Shown in pieces: positions 56,831 through 64,000 of a stretch of 64,000 nucleotides of DNA; the stretch's first letter is position 1, and each line of letters opens with the position of its first letter. The DNA is from Eledone cirrhosa. Its lineage: Eukaryota. Made by a program: the position numbers and the translations under genes. The notes under the pieces were generated by a model, which did no database searches, had not been told where the DNA came from, and worked only from the letters and a program-made list of their open reading frames with translations. Location: contig OZ024743.1 in NCBI GenBank assembly GCA_964016885.1, positions 107,322,001 through 107,386,000 on the forward strand, in the 5' to 3' direction.

Positions 56831-58031
56831 TAATATGAAAAAGACAATGCTATGAATAGAACACAGTTTCATTAAACGGTAAATAAGTTTATGTATAGCT
56901 TCATGAAGATTTTACCAGGTTGTCTCCATAACTATCTTGTGTGCATGACTAAGACGCTTAGTGTCCACAGCTAAATCTACTGATCTGAACCAACAACAGA
57001 GAGCCTTCTGTTTCAATACATGATTGGCTTTAAAAGAAAAAAAAAATCATATTTGAATTTTAATTTGTTTCGTGAAAATCTTGTAAGAAGCTGCCTCACA
57101 TAGATGATGTAATATTTCTAGAAACCTTCACCACATCACTTTCATAAATGTATTAATTCTTTTTCTAAAAATCTTATCAAAGAATCGAATTATATCTCAT
57201 GTGTTCTGAAAGCTCTGTCGAATATAACAATTGTCAGTTGATTTAATGAAATGAATAAATACCAGCAGTTGAGCTTCACAGCTAATATCCTTTGACTTAG
57301 TGAATTATAAAGCAAAATTCAATTTCTTTACATCAATCGAAGCATACTGTTCGATATTATAAGACGTGTCACTTATTCTGCTTCTTCTCAATGTATTATT
57401 GGATTATGGGGAAATTTTAGCAATTCTTTGTTCAGCTTCATTACCGAATATTGTTCTAGCAGTGAAGTTGTAATCTAGCAAAATAACCGACTCACGTATG
57501 ATATGCACTGTCACTTGCTTTAAGATTTCATCATACCAGATTCAATAAAACATAAGTAATAGGCAGACATGTAATAGAGCAATAATGATGAAGCCTCCGT
57601 CTCTTTCAGCGATGAACATGCAGTTATTCGATCAACTGAATGTTCGGTTTGTCGATTGAAATCTAAGTGACTGAGCATTCCACTGACAGAATTGGTGAAA
57701 CAAAATATGTGACAGACTTGGCTTTGGAATTATAGGTACAACCGAACCGATGCCCTTCAGCAGGCACTTCTCTTCTTTCAAACATACGTTCTTTGTTTAC
57801 CTATCACGATTAAAAGATATAGCTCCTAAACTTAGGAGACAACGGGTGGGTTCATTAGTATAAACGTAGTGTACTTTTCCGGCAAACAAAAGGCGTGGGT
57901 TCGAATCACGTGTGTGCTGATCTTTATTGTGTTTATATCTCCCTTTATTATATGATTATATTTTTTAGTAAAAGTTGCAGCGAAACCTTCTAATTCAATT
58001 TTTAAATCCTGCTCGCTATTTTCTAAACATA

Positions 58032-58088
<57 letters not shown>

Positions 58089-58226
58089 TCTCTCTCTCTT
58101 TATCTCTCTTCCTCTCTCTCTCTATATATATTTATATTTTCCTCTCTCTTCCTCTCTATATTTATATATATATATATTCAAAGTTCTCTGCTTTGTTATT
58201 TATGTTTACCATACATACACACATAA

Positions 58227-58261
<35 letters not shown>

Positions 58262-58839
58262 CACATGCTCTGTCTATCTTACTCTTATTCACTCCACAAC
58301 CTCCCTCCCACAAGTACAGACGATTTATCACTTTACAAGTTGTCCGATGAAGTGCAGACATGTTTATTAAATACTATTTCATAAATAAACAATTTGACTT
58401 TTTTTTAAATGTTTCAGATAATTAAACATTAAACCTGGAGTCTTTCATCGTTTCAATGATGCTCGTTCCCCATCATCATTCCCCATCACCATCACCATTC
58501 AGATGATAAAAATCATAACCATCCTGACCATCATCATCAGCAGCATCACCAGCATTGTCACAATCATGGTCATTTTCATAATGAACAAAATATTCTTCAG
58601 CATCGTCCTCATCATCACCACCACCACCACCACCACCACCACCACCACCACCACCTTCTTCTTCTTCTTCTTCTTCTTCTTCTTCTTCTTCGTGGTGCTC
58701 AACCTAACCTATCGTCATTTTTAACATCTCATACTGACAGTCATCCTCATCACTAGCATAATAATAACAATAATGATAATAATAATAACATTAATAATAA
58801 TTGTTGCTACTTTAGGCACAAGGCCAGCATTTACCCAAT

Positions 58840-59945
58840 AATAATAAAATGAAGGAATTGATAAGACTCGAATGCATAAGGAGCGTAAGAGATATTCTAA
58901 ACTGACATCTAAATAGTAGGAATTTCATAAGTGCAGTAAATTCCCGAGCTGTGTCTATTATTAGGTACTGTGCGAGAATTCTGAAATGGAATGTTACTGA
59001 ACAAAAAGAAATGGATAGAAAGACTAGGAAGTTAATGTCTACCTACAGCATGTTCTACAAGAGAGGTGATGTTGATAGACTCTAGTTAAAGAGATCTGAA
59101 AGTGGAAGAGGTCTTATCAGCATAGAGGACTGTGTTCAGATGGAGAAAAGCAGTCTGCACAAATATATCTCTGAGAGTAGGGAGCCAATGTTCAAATTTG
59201 TACTGAAGGAGAAGACAATAGACCAGGGTATGTCCAAGGAGGAAATAAGCAAAAAAGGAAGAGCAACCTTCATAGAGACTTCTTTAAGAAAACGGAATTC
59301 AGAGATCCACAGACATGGAGCTGGTTATAAAGAGGAGACAGTAAAAAGGCTACAGAAGGAATGCTAATGGCAGCACAAGTGGGTGAAACACCACATTCAC
59401 AAGGAGGAGGCTATCTCACTGTGTAGGATCTATAGAGAGAGAGAGAGGGGGAGAGAGCGAGAGAGAGAGAGAGAGGTGGGAAGAGGGAGAATGAGAGAAA
59501 GAAAGAGAGAGGAGAGGTGACTGTAGCCTACATCATATCCGAGTGTAAACAGCGAGCCCAGACTCAAACAAGAAATTAGAACACAAAAGGGCTGACATGG
59601 TGGTTTTTGACAAGGAAAAAGGATCGTGCCATATTGTTGTAGATATACTTTGTCTCTTTGACACAAGAGTGCAAGAAAAGGAGATGGAGAAAATTGGGGG
59701 ATGTTATGAGACCAAGGTCATCTCGATTGTCATATGAGCACGAGGTTCTATCTTAAAGAGTGTTCAAGGGTGTTAAAATAACATTAGTCCAACCCCCTTT
59801 ATTGGAACACTTCAAAAGGCATGCTTGCTGGGATCAGCAACATTCCTCCGATACGTCCTGAATTTCTGAGGCTGCAGGTAACGCATTGACGTTCATTTGA
59901 ACACATTTTCCAGATAAATAACATCAATGACTGAGTCTCCAAGAA
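58840..59945 (+). mobile_element. Degenerate R4/Dong-like LINE fragment interrupted by (GA)n
   Basis: LNSRNFISAVNSRAVSIIRY...MDRKTRKLM...GRGLISIED. The 3' end matches the reverse complement of 1307-1450 and ends in (AAT)n. Confidence 0.8.
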
Positions 59946-59951
59946 TAACAA

Positions 59952-60148
59952 TAATAATTATTGTTTCTACTTTTGGCACAAGGTCAGTAATAACCCAGTA
60001 CATTACTGGTACTTTATTTTATCGACCCCGTAAGGATGAAAGGAAAATTTAACCGCGGCGAGATTCGAACTCATGCCAGAAAGGGCCGTAACTCTTTGCT
60101 GCAAAGGATGGCGTCAGACCCTCTACCGATACTGCCAATCCACCGCCA
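59952..60148 (-). mobile_element. SINE, tail-to-tail with the Dong-like element on a shared (TAA)n tract
   Basis: Reverse complement of the family consensus. Confidence 0.88.
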
Positions 60149-60589
60149 TTAACAATATTAATAATAATAATAATAATGATAATGGAAATAATAATAATGA
60201 AAATAATAATTCTCGTCAAAGTTATCATGATTATTAGCAATGCTATTATCGGAATCATCAACAAAATCATCACCATCATTATCATGAATATTATTAATAT
60301 TGTCATCATCGTAATCTCACTCATCACAAACCAAAACAGCAATTTCCAGCGTCATCATAACTCACATCAGTGCCAACACTAGAACAACCTCCGTCACCCC
60401 TGCAACAACAATGACACCAAGACAATTACTAGCACCAATGACAACACCAATAGCAACAACAATAACATCCAACATCACCCCTAATATTAACAACAACAAT
60501 AAAAACAAATACTTAACAGTAGGACGTAATAAAAGAATAGGAAATAGAAGAGTGCCAACAATACAACCATAACCACCAACAACCACCAA

Positions 60590-63500
60590 CACCAACCCGC
60601 AGCAACAACAGAAACATCACCAATCCCCAGCACAGCCAGCATCAACAACAGTAACACCACCAAGCCCCAGCACTACCAGCATCAACAACAGTAAAAACAC
60701 TAACCCCCAGCACTACCAGCATCAACAACAGTAACACCATCAAGCCCCAGCACAACCAGCATCAATAACAGTAACACCACCAACCCCCAGCACAACCAGC
60801 ATCAACAACAGTAACACCATCAAGCCCCAGCACAACCAGCATCAATAACAGTAACACCACCAACCCCCAGCACTACCAGCATCAACAACAGTAACAACAC
60901 CAACCCCCAGCACAACCAGCATCAACAACAGTAAAAACACCAACCCCCAGCACTACCAGCATCAACAACAGTAACAACACCAACCCCCAGCACTACCAGC
61001 ATCAACAACAGTAACAACACCAACACCCAACACAACTAGCATCAACAACTGTAACAACACCAACCCCCAACACAACCATCATCAACAACAGTAACAACAC
61101 CAACACCCAACACAACTAGCATCAACAACAGTAACATCACCAATCCCCAGCACAACCAGCATCAACAACAGTAACAACACCAACCCCCAGCACTACCAGC
61201 ATCAACAACAGTAACAACACCAACCCCCAGCACAACCAGCATCAACAACTGTAACAACACCAACCCCCAACACAACCAGCATCAACAACAGTAACAACAC
61301 CAACCCCCAGCACAACCATCATCAACAACAGTAACATCACCAACCCCCAGCACTACCAGCATCAACAACAGTAACAACCCCAACCCCCAGCACAACCAGC
61401 ATCAACAAGAGTAAAAACACCAAACTCCAGCACGACCATCATCAACAACAGTAACAACACCAACCCCCAGCACAACCATCATCAACAACAGTAACATCAC
61501 CAACCCCCAGCACTACCAGCATCAACAACAGTAACAACCCCAACCCCCAGCACAACCAGCATCAACAAGAGTAAAAACACCAAACTCCAGCACGACCATC
61601 ATCAACAACAGTAACAACACCAACACCCAACACAACTAGCATCAACAACTGTAACAACACCAACCCCCAACACAACCAGCATCAACAACAGTAACAACAC
61701 CAACCCCCAGCACAACCAGAATCAACAACAGTAAAAACACCAACCCCCAGCACTACCAGCATCAACAACAGTAAAAACACCAACCCCCAGCACAACCAGA
61801 ATCAACAACAGTAAAAACACCAACCCCCAGCACTACCAGCATCAACAACAGTAAAAACACCAACCCCCAGCACAACCAGAATCAACAACAGTAACAACAC
61901 CAACCCCCAGCACAACCAGCATCAACAACAGTAACAACACCAACCCCAGCACTACCAGCATCAACAACAGTAACAACACTAACTCCCAGCACTACCAGCA
62001 TCAACAACAGTAACAACACCAACTCCCAGCACAACCATCATCAACAACAGTAACAACACCAACCCCAGCACAACCAGCATCAACAACAGTAAAAACACCA
62101 ACCCCCAGCACTACCAGCATCAACAACAGTAAAAACACCAACCCCCAGCACAACCAGAATCAACAACAGTAAAAACACCAACCCCCAGTACTACCAGCAT
62201 CAACAATAGTAACAACACCAACCCCCAGCACAACCAGCATCAACAACAGTAACAACACCAACCCCCAGCACAACCAGCATCAACAACAGTAAAAACACCA
62301 ACCCCAAGCACTACCAGCATCAACAACAGTAAAAACACCAACCCCCAGCACAACCAGAATCAACAACAGTAAAAACACCAACCCCCAGTACTACCAGCAT
62401 CAACAATAGTAACAACACCAACCCCCAGCACAACCAGCATCAACAACAGTAACAACACCAACCCCCAGCACAACCAGAATCAACAAAAGTAAAAACACCA
62501 ACCCCCAGCACTACCAGCATCAACAATAGTAACAACACCAAATCCCAGCACAACCAGAATCAACAACAGTAAAAACACCAACCCCCAGCACTACCAGCAT
62601 CAACAATAGTAACAACACCAAATCCCAGCACAACCAGAATCAACAACAGGAACATCACCAACCCCCAGCACTACCAGCATCAACAATAGTAACAACACCA
62701 ACCCCCAGCACTACCAGCATCAACAACAGTAAAAACACCAACCCCCAGCACTACCAGCATCAACAACAGTAACAACACCAACACCCAACACAACAAGCAT
62801 CAACAACAGTAAAAACACCAACCCCCAGCACAACCAGAATCAACAACAGTAAAAACACCAACCCACAGCACAACTAGCATGAACAACAGTAAAAACACCA
62901 ACCCCCAGTACTACCAGCATCAACAACAGTAACAACACCAACCCCCAGCACTACCAGCATCAACAACAGTAAAAACACCAACCCCCAGTACTACCAGCAT
63001 CAACAACAGTAACAACACCAACCCCCAGCACAACCAGCATCAACAATAGTAACAACACCAAATCCCAGCACAACCAGAATCAACAACAGTAAAAACACCA
63101 ACCCCCAGCACAACCAGCATCAACAACAGTAAAAACACCAACCCCCAGCACTACCAGCATCAACAACAGTAACAACACCAACCCCCAGCATAACCAGAAT
63201 CAACAACAGTAACAACACTTAACTCCAGCACAACCAGCATCAACAACAGTAACAACACCAACCCCCTGCACAACCAGTATCAACAACAGTAACATCACCA
63301 AGCACCAGTACTACCAGCATCAACAACAGTAACACCACCAACCCCCAGCACAACCAGCATCAACAACAGTAACAACACCAACCCCCAGCACAACCAGAAT
63401 CAACAACAGTAACAACACCAAACTCCAGCACAACCAGCATCAACAACAGAAACAACACGAACCCCCTGCACAACCAGTATCAACAACAGTAACATCACCA

Positions 63501-64000
63501 AGCACCAGTACTACCAGCATCAACAACAGTAAAAACACCAACCCCCAGCACAACCAGCATCAACAACAGTAACATCACCAACCCCCAGCACGACCAGCAT
63601 CAACAACAGTAAAAACACCAACCCCCAGCACAACCAGCATCAACAACAGTAACATCACCAACCCCCAGCACAACCAGCATCAACAACAGTAACAACACCA
63701 ACCCCCAGCACAACCAGAATCAACAACAGTAAAAACACCAACCCCCAGCACAACCAGCATCAACAACAGTAAAAACACCAAACCCCAGCACTACCAGCAT
63801 CAACAACAGTAAAAACACCAACTCCCAGCACAACCAGCATCAACAACAGTAAAAACACCAACCCCCAGCACAACCAGCATCAACAACAGTAAAAACACCA
63901 ACCCCCAGCACTACCAGCATCAACAACAGTAAAAACACCAACCCCCAGCACAACCAGCATCAACAACAGTAAAAACACCAACCCCCAGCACTACCAGCAT
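60590..64000. repeat. 40-bp minisatellite, about 85 units, consensus CAACCCCCAGCACAACCAGCATCAACAACAGTAACAACAC; runs off the right edge
   Basis: The 40-nt period is visible, with rare 39-nt units near 61940 and 62060. Confidence 0.95.

Noticed and set aside
57845-57920. tRNA gene (GGTTCGAATC B box)
   Set aside because: No convincing acceptor stem; more likely a decayed tRNA-derived repeat head.
60590-64000. 40-bp array as a CRISPR array or a mucin-like CDS
   Set aside because: There are no unique spacers and no cas genes, and the context is eukaryotic. A 40-nt period puts TAA (and TGA on minus) into every frame about every 120 nt.

Overview
This is non-genic animal DNA saturated with microsatellites and transposons. 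The (TA)n/(CA)n/(TATC)n/(CATA)n/(ATT)n landscape and the SINE family suggest an octopus or other cephalopod, which is an inference only. No host gene is recognisable. Contents: (1) Tx1-clade LINEs, namely a + strand 3' end at 1-1275 and a 17-kb head-to-tail minus-strand stack of five copies at 39.6-56.4 kb separated by (GATA)n tracts, with one nearly intact copy at 45.9-51.6 kb; (2) R4/Dong-like restriction-like-endonuclease LINE ends stacked in (TAA)n; (3) short non-autonomous RTE derivatives in (TATG)n; (4) Penelope-like (GIY-YIG) elements; (5) a Helitron remnant; (6) a deleted mariner; (7) more than 10 tRNA-type SINEs with (ATT)n tails; (8) a 40-bp minisatellite running off the right end. 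Top observations: a 591-bp retrozyme-like unit bounded by two identical type I hammerhead ribozymes with a U3-A8 core covariation (4970-5918); a 3' stem-loop shared by the SINE and the Tx1 LINEs with a compensatory base-pair swap, pointing to a LINE-SINE partnership; and an apparent one-family-one-microsatellite insertion preference. All calls were made by eye and no searches were run.
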